Source: an uncultured Candidatus Saccharibacteria bacterium
GTDB taxonomy: Bacteria; Patescibacteriota; Minisyncoccia; Phycocordibacterales; DATDWN01
Direction of reading: 5' to 3'
Assembly: GCA_964596875.1 (NCBI GenBank)
Contig: CAZQVT010000001.1
Coordinates: 107,255 to 171,254 of the forward strand
Length of the DNA: 64,000 nucleotides
The notes beneath the pieces were generated by a model. That model searched no databases. It had not been told where the DNA came from and was given only the letters and a program-made list of their open reading frames with translations. The position numbers and the translations under genes were made by a program. This document shows positions 41,646-50,126 of the stretch, one piece after another (position 1 is the stretch's first letter; every line of letters starts with the position of its first letter).

Positions 41646-43109
41646 ATGGCAGGACTAGACGAAATACGTGAAGGCAGACTTCACAAACTAAATATATTAA
41701 AAGAAAGAGGCATTAACCCTTTTCCAGCACAAGTACCTAGGGATTTTACTATTAAGTTTCTAAAGGATAATTTTGACGCTCAAAGTACAGCCGGCGCAGA
41801 TATTTCTGTGGCGGGTAGAGTAATGGCTTTGCGTGGGCAAGGAGCAATACTTTTTGCTGTTCTTTTTGATGGAACAGAAAAGGTTCAGGCTATTGTGAAA
41901 AAAGATACTTTGGGTGAAGACGCTTTTGGACTTTTTAGAGACGCTGTAGATGTTGGGGATTTTATTTCAGTAACAGGTGCCGCCATTCTTTCTAAAACAG
42001 GGGAGCAGAGTATAGACACAAAAGTTTGGACAATGGCAACTAAAACATTGTTGCCAATGCCGGAAAAATGGCATGGTCTACAAGATATAGACGAAAGATA
42101 TCGAAAGCGATACTTGGATTTCCTTATGAACGACGAGTTGCGAGACCTCATGGTAAAGAAAGCAAAGTTTTGGGATGCTACTAGAACTTTTATGAAGCAA
42201 AATGACTTTCTCGAAGTTGAAACACCTACTATTGAAACAACAACCGGTGGTGCAGAAGCAAACCCATTTAAAACTCATCATGACGACTATGACATGGATG
42301 TTTATTTCCGTATTTCAGTAGGAGAGTTGTGGCAAAAGAGACTTATGTCTGCAGGTTTCCCTAGAACTTTTGAAGTCGGAAGAGTTTACAGAAACGAGGG
42401 TTCTAGTCCAGACCATACCCAAGAGTTTACCAACATGGAGTTTTACGCTTCATTTATGACATATGAAGAGGGCATAAACTTTACGGAGGAACTTATAAAA
42501 TACGTAGCCCAAGAGTCTTTTGGTAAAACAGAGTTTTCAACTAGAGGACATACATTTAATCTTGCTGGAACATGGGACAGAAAGTCATACGTTGAAATAG
42601 TAAAAGAAAAAACTGGTGTAGATGTTATTTCTGCTACAAGTGACGAAATGAAAGATAAACTAGATGAACTAAAAGTAAAATACGAAGGAGATAATAAGGA
42701 AAGACTTACAGATACACTTTGGAAATACTGCCGAAAACAAATCTCTGGTCCTGTATGGATAACAAATGTTCCAAAAATCGTTTCTCCTTTGGCGAAAGCA
42801 AATGTTGAAAACAACGATCTGACACTACGTGTGCAACTAGTTTTGGCAGGCGCCGAAGTCACAAACGGTTTTGCCGAACTAAACGACCCAATAGATCAGA
42901 AAGAAAGATTTGATCTGCAGAAAAAACTTCTAGAAGGTGGAGACAAGGAAGCAATGATGTCAGATGACGAGTTTGTAGAAATGCTAGAACACGGCATGCC
43001 TCCGACTTTTGGTTTTGGAATGGGAGGGGATAGAATTTTCTCATTTTTTGCGGATAAACCGCTACGAGAACTTCAGATGTTTCCTTTAATGAGACCGAAG
43101 GTCGAATAA
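41646..43109 (+). CDS. lysS: lysyl-tRNA synthetase (class II)
   Basis: OB-fold N-domain, FLEVETP, RNEG and GGDR class II motifs. Confidence 0.9.
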   Translation: MAGLDEIREGRLHKLNILKERGINPFPAQVPRDFTIKFLKDNFDAQSTAGADISVAGRVMALRGQGAILFAVLFDGTEKVQAIVKKDTLGEDAFGLFRDAVDVGDFISVTGAAILSKTGEQSIDTKVWTMATKTLLPMPEKWHGLQDIDERYRKRYLDFLMNDELRDLMVKKAKFWDATRTFMKQNDFLEVETPTIETTTGGAEANPFKTHHDDYDMDVYFRISVGELWQKRLMSAGFPRTFEVGRVYRNEGSSPDHTQEFTNMEFYASFMTYEEGINFTEELIKYVAQESFGKTEFSTRGHTFNLAGTWDRKSYVEIVKEKTGVDVISATSDEMKDKLDELKVKYEGDNKERLTDTLWKYCRKQISGPVWITNVPKIVSPLAKANVENNDLTLRVQLVLAGAEVTNGFAELNDPIDQKERFDLQKKLLEGGDKEAMMSDDEFVEMLEHGMPPTFGFGMGGDRIFSFFADKPLRELQMFPLMRPKVE

Positions 43110-43123
43110 ATCTCTTACTCACA

Positions 43124-43262
43124 TATCTTTTCTCCAGACCGCTCGCTTTTCCTGCGAAAAACTCACTTTGTCCTCAGTCGCAATTTGTCAATGAACCGAG
43201 ATTACTCGGACTTTGACAAAACCATGCTTGCTCCCTGCGGAGTCTTGCGAAAAGATCTGTCC
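43124..43262 (+). repeat. TIR element family 2, copy D (divergent)
   Basis: GTCCTCAGTCGCAATTTGTCAATG..CTTTGACAAAACCATGCTTGCTCCCTGCGGAGTC. The inner stem TTTGTCAA/TTGACAAA covaries with GTCGTCAAG/CTTGACGAC in the other copies. Confidence 0.5.
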
Positions 43263-43317
43263 GGCGATATTTATTTATAATATTTACAAAATAATTTTAG
43301 TGTGGTATCGTCAGAGG

Positions 43318-43600
43318 TGGAAAGGGGTGGCCTACGGAAAGCCCAGCCTCGGCTGGGTCTACCGGTGTCCTCCTCCTAAGGGTCATCCCTTTCCGTTTAT
43401 CGGGGTGCAGGGACTGCCTGGTGGGTTCCCAAAGAATGCCTCAGGGATGTTGTGTTCCTAGGGGCTCATTTGGTCCTTGCACCTCGATATCGAGGCACGG
43501 GAGTAGTCGCGTCGGGTTGGTTTCACAAAGTCGCGTATAACTACCAACCCGATTGGCTCCCGTGCCTCGAAAACTCAATGCACCCTCGGTGCATTTTTTC
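43318..43600 (+). ncRNA. GC-rich structured RNA (about 280 nt) of unknown class, with own promoter and terminator
   Basis: Promoter TTTACA-17-TATCGT (43283-43311). Stems GGCACGGGAG/CTCCCGTGCC, GGGTTGGT/ACCAACCC and CCAGCctcgGCTGG, plus alternative GGAAAGGG/CCCTTTCC pairings. Terminator ATGCACCCTCGGTGCAT plus T6 (43578-43599). No credible ORF. Confidence 0.45.
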
Positions 43601-43625
43601 ATATAATTTTTCAAGAATTCAAATT

Positions 43626-43654
43626 TGACAGTGACAATAAATAGTGTTATTATA
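43626..43654 (+). promoter_or_regulatory. sigma70-like promoter TTGACA-17-TATTAT for the amidase gene
   Basis: TTGACAgtgacaataaatagtgtTATTAT, then RBS AAGGAGG 4 nt before ATG 43695. Confidence 0.55.
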
Positions 43655-43694
43655 AACAAAGACTGACTTACATCCTGTAGGTCAAGGAGGCTCC

Positions 43695-44453
43695 ATGAGA
43701 TTGCTGATGCTTGTTCTTTTGGTCGCGTTGGCAGTCTTGCCTACCGAGACCAAAGAACAGAGAAAGTCACGACCCGCCTTGAGTGGTTGGGTTGTGGTTC
43801 TGGATCCAGGCCACGGTGGCGTTGATCCCGGTTCGTCCGGGACATTCAATGGCAAACGTGTGGTCGAGGATGAATACGTCTACGACGTAGCTCTTCGTGC
43901 CAAAAGGATTATCCGCTCAATGGGCGGACTATCCTTCCTGACGATCCAGGACAAAGTCGGCGAAAGATCATTGCCGGCACAATCAGTGTTTCCGGACGTT
44001 CGTTCGGAAACCTACACAGGAACATCTGTGGCTGTCCGTGCTGGTTCCGATGGTCTTAATCGTCGGCTTGCTTATGGCAACAGTATTAGCCGTAAGTATC
44101 CAAAGCATAGACAGGCTTGGATATCCATTCACTTCGATGTCCTCGGCAAAAACCGAGTCATCGAGGGGGTTCGGATCATCAAGGCAGAGTCGAGCAACAG
44201 GCTGGCGGATGCTCTCGAAGCGTCCTTTGCAAAGTACGACCGTTTGCGCGACTACGCGCCGGTTGTACAAAGCGGAGACCCGCAGTTTGGGATGCGCAAC
44301 CTGTTCATCCTGAATGGCAACAACAGGATTCGTGAAAAGGTGCTTGTTGAGTTGGGAAACTTCAACAACACAACAGACGTGTGGAGGGTTCGTAACTCCG
44401 TCACGCGTGAAGCGTACGCAAGAGCGATCGCAGAAGCCTTGCTACGCTGGTAA
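43695..44453 (+). CDS. N-acetylmuramoyl-L-alanine amidase (Amidase_3 family), secreted, GC-rich
   Basis: Signal peptide. VVLDPGHGGVDPG, ISIHFD and VLVELGNFNN (LVExGFxSN-like) motifs. About 58% GC. Confidence 0.75.
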   Translation: MRLLMLVLLVALAVLPTETKEQRKSRPALSGWVVVLDPGHGGVDPGSSGTFNGKRVVEDEYVYDVALRAKRIIRSMGGLSFLTIQDKVGERSLPAQSVFPDVRSETYTGTSVAVRAGSDGLNRRLAYGNSISRKYPKHRQAWISIHFDVLGKNRVIEGVRIIKAESSNRLADALEASFAKYDRLRDYAPVVQSGDPQFGMRNLFILNGNNRIREKVLVELGNFNNTTDVWRVRNSVTREAYARAIAEALLRW

Positions 44454-44461
44454 GGCGGGGA

Positions 44462-44541
44462 AATCCCGCACAGGTCGTCCGAAGGACGGCCTTTCTCGTT
44501 TATAAATTTTTACCAACTTGGACATCCGATGTCCAAGTTGG
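44462..44541. terminator. hairpin cluster: GCGGGGAAATCCCGC, GGTCGTCCgaaGGACGGCC plus TTTCTCGTTT, and a perfect 29-bp palindrome CCAACTTGGACATCCGATGTCCAAGTTGG (44513-44541)
   Basis: Seen directly. Lies between the amidase and mraZ. Confidence 0.55.
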
Positions 44542-44599
44542 ACTTTACATGAAACTCAAAATGGGTTTTATTTTTTTATCCACAGGATTTTTGGGACAA

Positions 44600-44660
44600 A
44601 GTGGTATGCGGGTGGGAAGGAGTGGTATATAATAACTATCAAGTGGGAAGAAGTGGGATA
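44600..44660 (+). promoter_or_regulatory. mraZ promoter region with GTGGG direct repeats (MraZ-box-like operator)
   Basis: -10 TATAAT at 44628-44633. GTGGG at 44612, 44643 and 44653, the last two 10 nt apart within AGTGGGAAG repeats. MraZ is known to bind GTGGG direct repeats. Confidence 0.5.
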
Positions 44661-44680
44661 TCGAATAATTTTTTACAATC

Positions 44681-45115
44681 ATGCTTATAGGTGAATACAC
44701 ACATAGTATAGATGATAAAAATCGACTCTCTCTTCCTGCAAAATTTCGAAGTGAACTTGGCAAAAAAATAATCATCACAGCGGGTTTGGATAACTGTCTC
44801 TGGGTTTTCAAATCAAGCGAGTGGTCAAAGATTGAAGAAAAACTAAATCAGTTTTCAATCGGCCAAGCAGACTCACGAAGTTTCAGTCGTTTTATGTTTT
44901 CATCGGCTGTTGAAGCAGAGATAGATTCAATAGGCCGTGTGCTTATCCCAGATTTTTTGAGGGATAGAGCAAACTTGAAAAACAAAGTAGTCGTCACAGG
45001 TGTTTCTAGCAGAGTTGAAATCTGGAATGAAAAAACTTGGACAGACTACAAGAAGGTTGTAGAAAAACAAGCAGATACTCTTGCCGAAAAACTTGGCCAA
45101 GTAGGCGTGCTGTAA
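44681..45115 (+). CDS. mraZ: transcriptional regulator MraZ
   Basis: MLIGEYTHSIDDKNRLSLPAKFR and duplicated DxxxR motif. Confidence 0.9.
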   Translation: MLIGEYTHSIDDKNRLSLPAKFRSELGKKIIITAGLDNCLWVFKSSEWSKIEEKLNQFSIGQADSRSFSRFMFSSAVEAEIDSIGRVLIPDFLRDRANLKNKVVVTGVSSRVEIWNEKTWTDYKKVVEKQADTLAEKLGQVGVL

Positions 45116-45119
45116 AACT

Positions 45120-46016
45120 ATGATCCATAAAACAGTTCTTTTACATGAAAGTATAGATGGTTTAGATATCAAAAAAGGTGATATCTATGTAGATGGAACT
45201 CTTGGAGGAGGAGGACACTTTGAAGAAGTTGCAAAAAGGTTTGGCAATGACGTTGTCATGATCGGCATTGACCTTGATCCTGATGCAATAACAAGAACAA
45301 AAGAAAGACTTTCTAAATATTCTTTAAAGAATGTTCACTACGTACAAGATAGTTTCAAAAATATAGGTACAATCCTAGAAAATCTAAATATTTCTAAAGT
45401 AGACAAGATTTTGCTAGACATAGGACTTTCTTCAAACCAGTTTGAAGAGTCAGGTAGAGGTTTTTCTTTTCAGAAAAACGAACCACTACTTATGACCTTT
45501 AAAAAAGACATAACTGAAGAAGACTTAACAGCAAAAGAGATTGTAAACACTTGGGAGTTGGAAAATCTTTCTGCAATCCTCCGAGGTTACGGCGAAGAAG
45601 AGTTTGCTTGGAAAATAGCCAAAGCAATAGTTGCCAGACGAGAAGAAAAGCCGATAGAAACAACCTTTGACCTTGTAGAGATAATAAAAATAGCTACACC
45701 AAAGTGGTACCACACACGCAGAATCCATCCAGCAACAAAAACTTTTCAGGCACTACGTATCACAGTAAACAACGAGATCGAAAACTTGAAGCAGGCTCTC
45801 CGAGATGGTTTCGAGAGGCTAAACTCAAAAGGCAGAATGGCAGTCATTTCATTTCATAGTCTGGAAGATAGAGAGGTTAAAAATTTTTTTAGGGATAAAG
45901 ACGATTTAGGGCAGGGGACAAGGATAAACAAAAAACCAATCCTGCCGACTAAAGAAGAGATACAGGAAAACCCACGCAGTCGCAGTAGTAAACTAAGAAT
46001 TTTTGAAAAAATATGA
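45120..46016 (+). CDS. rsmH: 16S rRNA (cytosine1402-N4)-methyltransferase
   Basis: VDGTLGGGGH SAM motif. Synteny after mraZ. Confidence 0.9.
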   Translation: MIHKTVLLHESIDGLDIKKGDIYVDGTLGGGGHFEEVAKRFGNDVVMIGIDLDPDAITRTKERLSKYSLKNVHYVQDSFKNIGTILENLNISKVDKILLDIGLSSNQFEESGRGFSFQKNEPLLMTFKKDITEEDLTAKEIVNTWELENLSAILRGYGEEEFAWKIAKAIVARREEKPIETTFDLVEIIKIATPKWYHTRRIHPATKTFQALRITVNNEIENLKQALRDGFERLNSKGRMAVISFHSLEDREVKNFFRDKDDLGQGTRINKKPILPTKEEIQENPRSRSSKLRIFEKI

Positions 46017-46327
46017 TAAAAGAAAAAATATTACAACTGAATAGAGAGAAAACAATCTTCTGGTCACTTTTGACTATTTTTATATTTGCTATAGGTATGT
46101 ATATGTACCTTATTAACACTACAGTACGAAACGTAGTTGCTTCACAAAACCTTGAAACAAGGATTACTCAACTAAACCTTGCGATAAGTAGTAAAGAGTT
46201 TCAATACATAAAAAGTCGCAACGCAGTAAATCTCTCTATGGCCTACTCTATGGGCTTTAAAGATGCATCTGCAAAGACATACATAACAGAGAAATCCACA
46301 AAAGGTGTCTCATTTTTGTCTAACTAG
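46013..46327 (+). CDS. ftsL: cell division protein FtsL-like (single TM)
   Basis: 104 aa, one TM. Sits between rsmH and the ftsI-like PBP. Confidence 0.5.
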   Translation: MIKEKILQLNREKTIFWSLLTIFIFAIGMYMYLINTTVRNVVASQNLETRITQLNLAISSKEFQYIKSRNAVNLSMAYSMGFKDASAKTYITEKSTKGVSFLSN

Positions 46328-46378
46328 TTTACCTCTTCTGCTATAATGCAGAGTAAGTTTGCGTAAATATATTTCTAT

Positions 46379-48067
46379 ATGACCAGAATCCGTTTTTTAT
46401 CTATATGCGTTTTTCTTTTTGCCCTACTTCTTATTGGTAGGCTTTATTTTTTGCAGGTTATAGAAAGTGACAAATACATAAGCAAGGCCGACAGACAGTA
46501 TCAGTCTGCTTCTAAAAATGTTTTTGATAGAGGTTCTATTTTCTTTACAAACAAAGACGGCAGTCTGGTTTCGGCAGCAACACTTAACTCGGGTTTTATT
46601 GTTGCGGTTAACCCAGAAGTTTTGAAGGACCCAGAGGGAGTATATGCAACAGTAAATTCTCTTTTACCACTAGATCATGATGAGTTTATTGCAAAAGCCA
46701 CAGCCAAAGGCCACTACAAAGAAATCGCCGTTCATGTAGACACAGAAACAGGTAAAAAAATAGGAGACTTAAAAATCCCAGGCTTGAGCATATACAAAGA
46801 TAGATGGAGGTTTTATCCAGGTGGTAACACTGCGTCTCATATCATAGGCATTTTGGGCTACAAGGGCGATGAATACGCTGGACGTTATGGTCTAGAAAGA
46901 CAGTACAACTCTGCACTAGAAAGAAAAGACGGCGCTTATGTAAACTTTTTCGCACAAATATTTTCTGACATAAAGTCGGTGACTCATAAAGATGAAAGTA
47001 TAGAAGCAGATATTGTTACAACCATAGAGCCCACTGTTCAGTCTACTTTGCAAAATGTTATTGCTAGCACTTCAGAAAAATGGAGTGCCGACAGTATCGG
47101 GGCTATTGTTATGAACCCAATGACGGGGGAAATATACGCTATGGACGTGTATCCTACTTTTGATGCAAACAAATCCAGCGAAGAAAAAAATGTTGCAGTT
47201 TTCAGTAACCCGCTAGTGGAAAATGTTTACGAAATGGGTTCGGTTATAAAAACACTTACACTTTCTGCTGGGATAGATGCTGGAGTTGTAAATGCCAACA
47301 CAACCTACTACGACAAGGGTTACACAATGATAAGTGGTAAAAAAGTTAGCAACTTCGACGGAAAAGAAAGAGGTGTGGTAACAATGCAAGACATGCTTTC
47401 TCAGTCTCTAAACGTCGGTGCCGCTCTGGTAGAGCAAAAACTGGGCGCTGAACAGTTTAGAAAATATATGTTTGCGTACGGTTTGGGGAACAAAACTGGT
47501 ATAGAGCTTCCAAATGAAGCCAAAAACCTTTCGGGAAGTCTAAATAGTAAAGTAGACATTGACCTTGCATCGGCATCTTTTGGACAAAGTTTGGCACTTA
47601 CTCCTATTTCAACTATTTCTGCAATCTCTGTTATCGCAAACGGTGGAACGATAGTAAAACCTCATGTAGTAAAAAGTATAAAATACAAAATGGGGGTTAC
47701 TAAAAATACAGAAATACCACTAGGGCAAAGAGTTTTGAAAAGAGAAACTTCCGAAGAAGTGGCGCGTATGATGACATACAGTTTTGATAATGTTTTGGTA
47801 AATGGAACAATGAAACTTCCACGATACAGTGTGGCGGTCAAAACTGGTACAGCACAAATAGCGCGACCAGGTGGGGGAGGTTACTACGAAGACAGAATCC
47901 TACACTCGTTTGTCGGATTTTTCCCGTCGTATAGTCCAAAGTTTATAATATTTTTGTATATGGTAAATCCAAAAGGAGCGAGGTATGGGTCAGAGACTTT
48001 GACTGCGCCTTTTGGGGAGATGGTTAAGTTTCTCATTAACTACTACGAGGTCCCTCCGGATAGATAA
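46379..48067 (+). CDS. ftsI: penicillin-binding protein (FtsI/PBP3-like transpeptidase)
   Basis: N-terminal TM, SxxK (GSVIKT), SxN and KTGTA motifs. Confidence 0.8.
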   Translation: MTRIRFLSICVFLFALLLIGRLYFLQVIESDKYISKADRQYQSASKNVFDRGSIFFTNKDGSLVSAATLNSGFIVAVNPEVLKDPEGVYATVNSLLPLDHDEFIAKATAKGHYKEIAVHVDTETGKKIGDLKIPGLSIYKDRWRFYPGGNTASHIIGILGYKGDEYAGRYGLERQYNSALERKDGAYVNFFAQIFSDIKSVTHKDESIEADIVTTIEPTVQSTLQNVIASTSEKWSADSIGAIVMNPMTGEIYAMDVYPTFDANKSSEEKNVAVFSNPLVENVYEMGSVIKTLTLSAGIDAGVVNANTTYYDKGYTMISGKKVSNFDGKERGVVTMQDMLSQSLNVGAALVEQKLGAEQFRKYMFAYGLGNKTGIELPNEAKNLSGSLNSKVDIDLASASFGQSLALTPISTISAISVIANGGTIVKPHVVKSIKYKMGVTKNTEIPLGQRVLKRETSEEVARMMTYSFDNVLVNGTMKLPRYSVAVKTGTAQIARPGGGGYYEDRILHSFVGFFPSYSPKFIIFLYMVNPKGARYGSETLTAPFGEMVKFLINYYEVPPDR

Positions 48068-48187
48068 ACTTCCAAATTCTCCCGAACTCCTTGTTTCGTG
48101 TTTTGAAATGCTCGTCACCTTACTACTTGTAAGGCTTCTCGTATTTCCAAACCCTCAACGTCGGATTTCATCCAGATTTGGAAGTTT
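48066..48187 (+). repeat. MITE/REP-like element family 1, copy R2 (perfect 12-bp TIRs AAACTTCCAAAT / ATTTGGAAGTTT)
   Basis: Overlaps the ftsI stop by 2 nt. Core TTTTGAAATGCTCGTCACCTTACTACTTGTAAGGCTTCTCGTATTTCCAAACCCTCAACGTCGGA. Confidence 0.65.
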
Positions 48188-48218
48188 ATTCATTCAATTT
48201 CATTTTATAGTTACTTAT

Positions 48219-48719
48219 TTAAAATTGAGGGATTACTACAATAGAACATTTGCTTTCAAATTCAGATATCTTTACTGAATTATCTACTCCGTCCACTAGG
48301 GACCACTCTTTTTGTGATGCTTCTAATCTTTCTATTGTGTTTAAAATTATTAAATCTAGTTCGAGCACAATATCATTTGCAGTGCGATCTTGTTGAAGAA
48401 AACTCAAGCAATCTAATGTATCATATTTATCTTGCAAATTTTTTGGCGTGAGTGAATTATTCTCGACAGATTTCATAAAATTTTGTTGAGCGATAGCGTA
48501 CCGTTTATAGGCGGATTCAAGTTGAGAATTTTTTGAAAATCTTTCACTGATCCATTCTTGTACATCGTCACGAATTCCGTCAGAATCCAAATCGATTCCA
48601 GATAGTGTGTGCTGAATGTTTTTGGTAGTCTTTGTATTATCGTATTTTATATATGAATATGACAATATAATATGAATTACTATTATGAAACATGCTAAAA
48701 ATTTTTTATTTAATTTCAT
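48219..48719 (-). CDS. hypothetical secreted/membrane-anchored protein
   Basis: N-terminal TM or signal sequence. AT-rich host-like composition. Confidence 0.4.
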   Translation of the reverse strand: MKLNKKFLACFIIVIHIILSYSYIKYDNTKTTKNIQHTLSGIDLDSDGIRDDVQEWISERFSKNSQLESAYKRYAIAQQNFMKSVENNSLTPKNLQDKYDTLDCLSFLQQDRTANDIVLELDLIILNTIERLEASQKEWSLVDGVDNSVKISEFESKCSIVVIPQF

Positions 48720-48778
48720 ATCTAAATTATAGCAATATATACGAGATTTTGCGTAGAATTCAAATACAACTAAGTTCG

Positions 48779-49438
48779 CTAAGGTTTTAGAACAATTCTG
48801 TCCTTAGCTTCTTTGGTTATGGTGCTTCTTATTTGTGCCAGTGCATCTACTTCAAGTATTTCTCGGATATGGTTTATAGACGACTCTCTTATTCCACTCT
48901 CTCTGTTTCCCAGAAGAGAAGCTAGGTTTTCATCAATAATTTTTGCATATTTTTCTATATCAGCATGTTCAGTAGAGTTTTCCTTTTTATAGTGACTATT
49001 TCCAACCTCTATCAAAACTCTTTCGTACTCTATTAGTTCATCTTCAAGTTTTTCTGTTAGCCATGCACTGTATTTTCTTCGTATTCTAACTAGAGGTAAA
49101 ACAAGAAGTCCTGTTTCTTTACTGGTGCCATTCTGAGTCAGTTCATCAAAAGTGTTTTCTATTGCTTCAATGTATTCCTCACAAAACTGTACGTGTTTGT
49201 CGTAAGCAACAGCTGCCATATGTGCTCCAGTTCCTGTCGCAAAGTTATTCAAGCTTATTTGTCGTATTGTTCCATAAAAGTGTTCTATCTTTTCTGTGAA
49301 AATATCCATTAGGAAAGAAAATAGTGCAAGTATTCCAGGCAGGGCAACTAGTGTTTTAATGAACGTGCTGGCAGGCAGGTTTATAGATAGGAGGAAAGAC
49401 ACACAAAGAAGCAGTATCTGTAGGCGGTGTTTTTTCAT
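48779..49438 (-). CDS. hypothetical membrane protein
   Basis: Two N-terminal TMs. 219 aa. Confidence 0.4.
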   Translation of the reverse strand: MKKHRLQILLLCVSFLLSINLPASTFIKTLVALPGILALFSFLMDIFTEKIEHFYGTIRQISLNNFATGTGAHMAAVAYDKHVQFCEEYIEAIENTFDELTQNGTSKETGLLVLPLVRIRRKYSAWLTEKLEDELIEYERVLIEVGNSHYKKENSTEHADIEKYAKIIDENLASLLGNRESGIRESSINHIREILEVDALAQIRSTITKEAKDRIVLKP

Positions 49439-49487
49439 AAGAACTTAAGGGTAGGACATTGTGAGGGGGGTGTCAACAGAACTATAC

Positions 49488-49516
49488 TTGACTTACTTGT
49501 ATAAATGTGATATACT
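49488..49516 (+). promoter_or_regulatory. near-consensus sigma70 promoter TTGACT-17-TATACT
   Basis: TTGACTtacttgtataaatgtgaTATACT. About 100-nt structured 5' UTR (ATGAGtaGGTGG..CCACCTCAT) before ORF 49620. Confidence 0.55.
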
Positions 49517-49619
49517 CTATACAGTAATTCCTATTCGTTATGAGTAGGTGGCTCGCAAGAGCAACGAGGCAGTATTTCCCACCTCATCAAAGGGAAATGT
49601 TCGTCACAAGGAGGCCGTT

Positions 49620-49991
49620 ATGGCCACCACGCAGAGTCATGGAATCACTTCGGGAACTCTGGAGTTGCAGAGACGTCGGATTGTCGCGGGCCCATCCCGC
49701 GAATGTCTGTTCGACTCTCTTCGGCTCGGGACCTTCCGTAACAGGATGGCCATTGCCTTCACGGTCGCGCCATCGCACCTGACTGGCAGAAACCTGGCAG
49801 ATGGTCGGCGGTTCGTTCCCGGCAACCTGATGTTCCACGCCACGGTTGTCATGATCCGTCCGGAAGACGGAAGTGGCTATAACTGGCTGTTCGAACTCAG
49901 CGACGAAAATCGGACGCTCGGTTCAGACAAGTTGCGTGGGTACATGAACACGAACCTTCGCACGGGCTGGGTCGAGCCGATCTTCGACTAG
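49620..49991 (+). CDS. GC-rich hypothetical protein (123 aa)
   Basis: RBS AAGGAGG 5 nt before the ATG. About 60% GC. Terminator CAGGCGCACttccttcgggatGTGCGCCTG plus T9 at 50007-50046. Confidence 0.45.
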   Translation: MATTQSHGITSGTLELQRRRIVAGPSRECLFDSLRLGTFRNRMAIAFTVAPSHLTGRNLADGRRFVPGNLMFHATVVMIRPEDGSGYNWLFELSDENRTLGSDKLRGYMNTNLRTGWVEPIFD

Positions 49992-50126
49992 ACCGCCTCC
50001 GCTTCACAGGCGCACTTCCTTCGGGATGTGCGCCTGGTTTTTTTGTAGGGGAATTATTTTGAGATGCCGTGGGATAGAGAGTTCAAGTTTTTTTACTTAG
50101 TTAATTTACTGTGCTAGCATTTGTAA

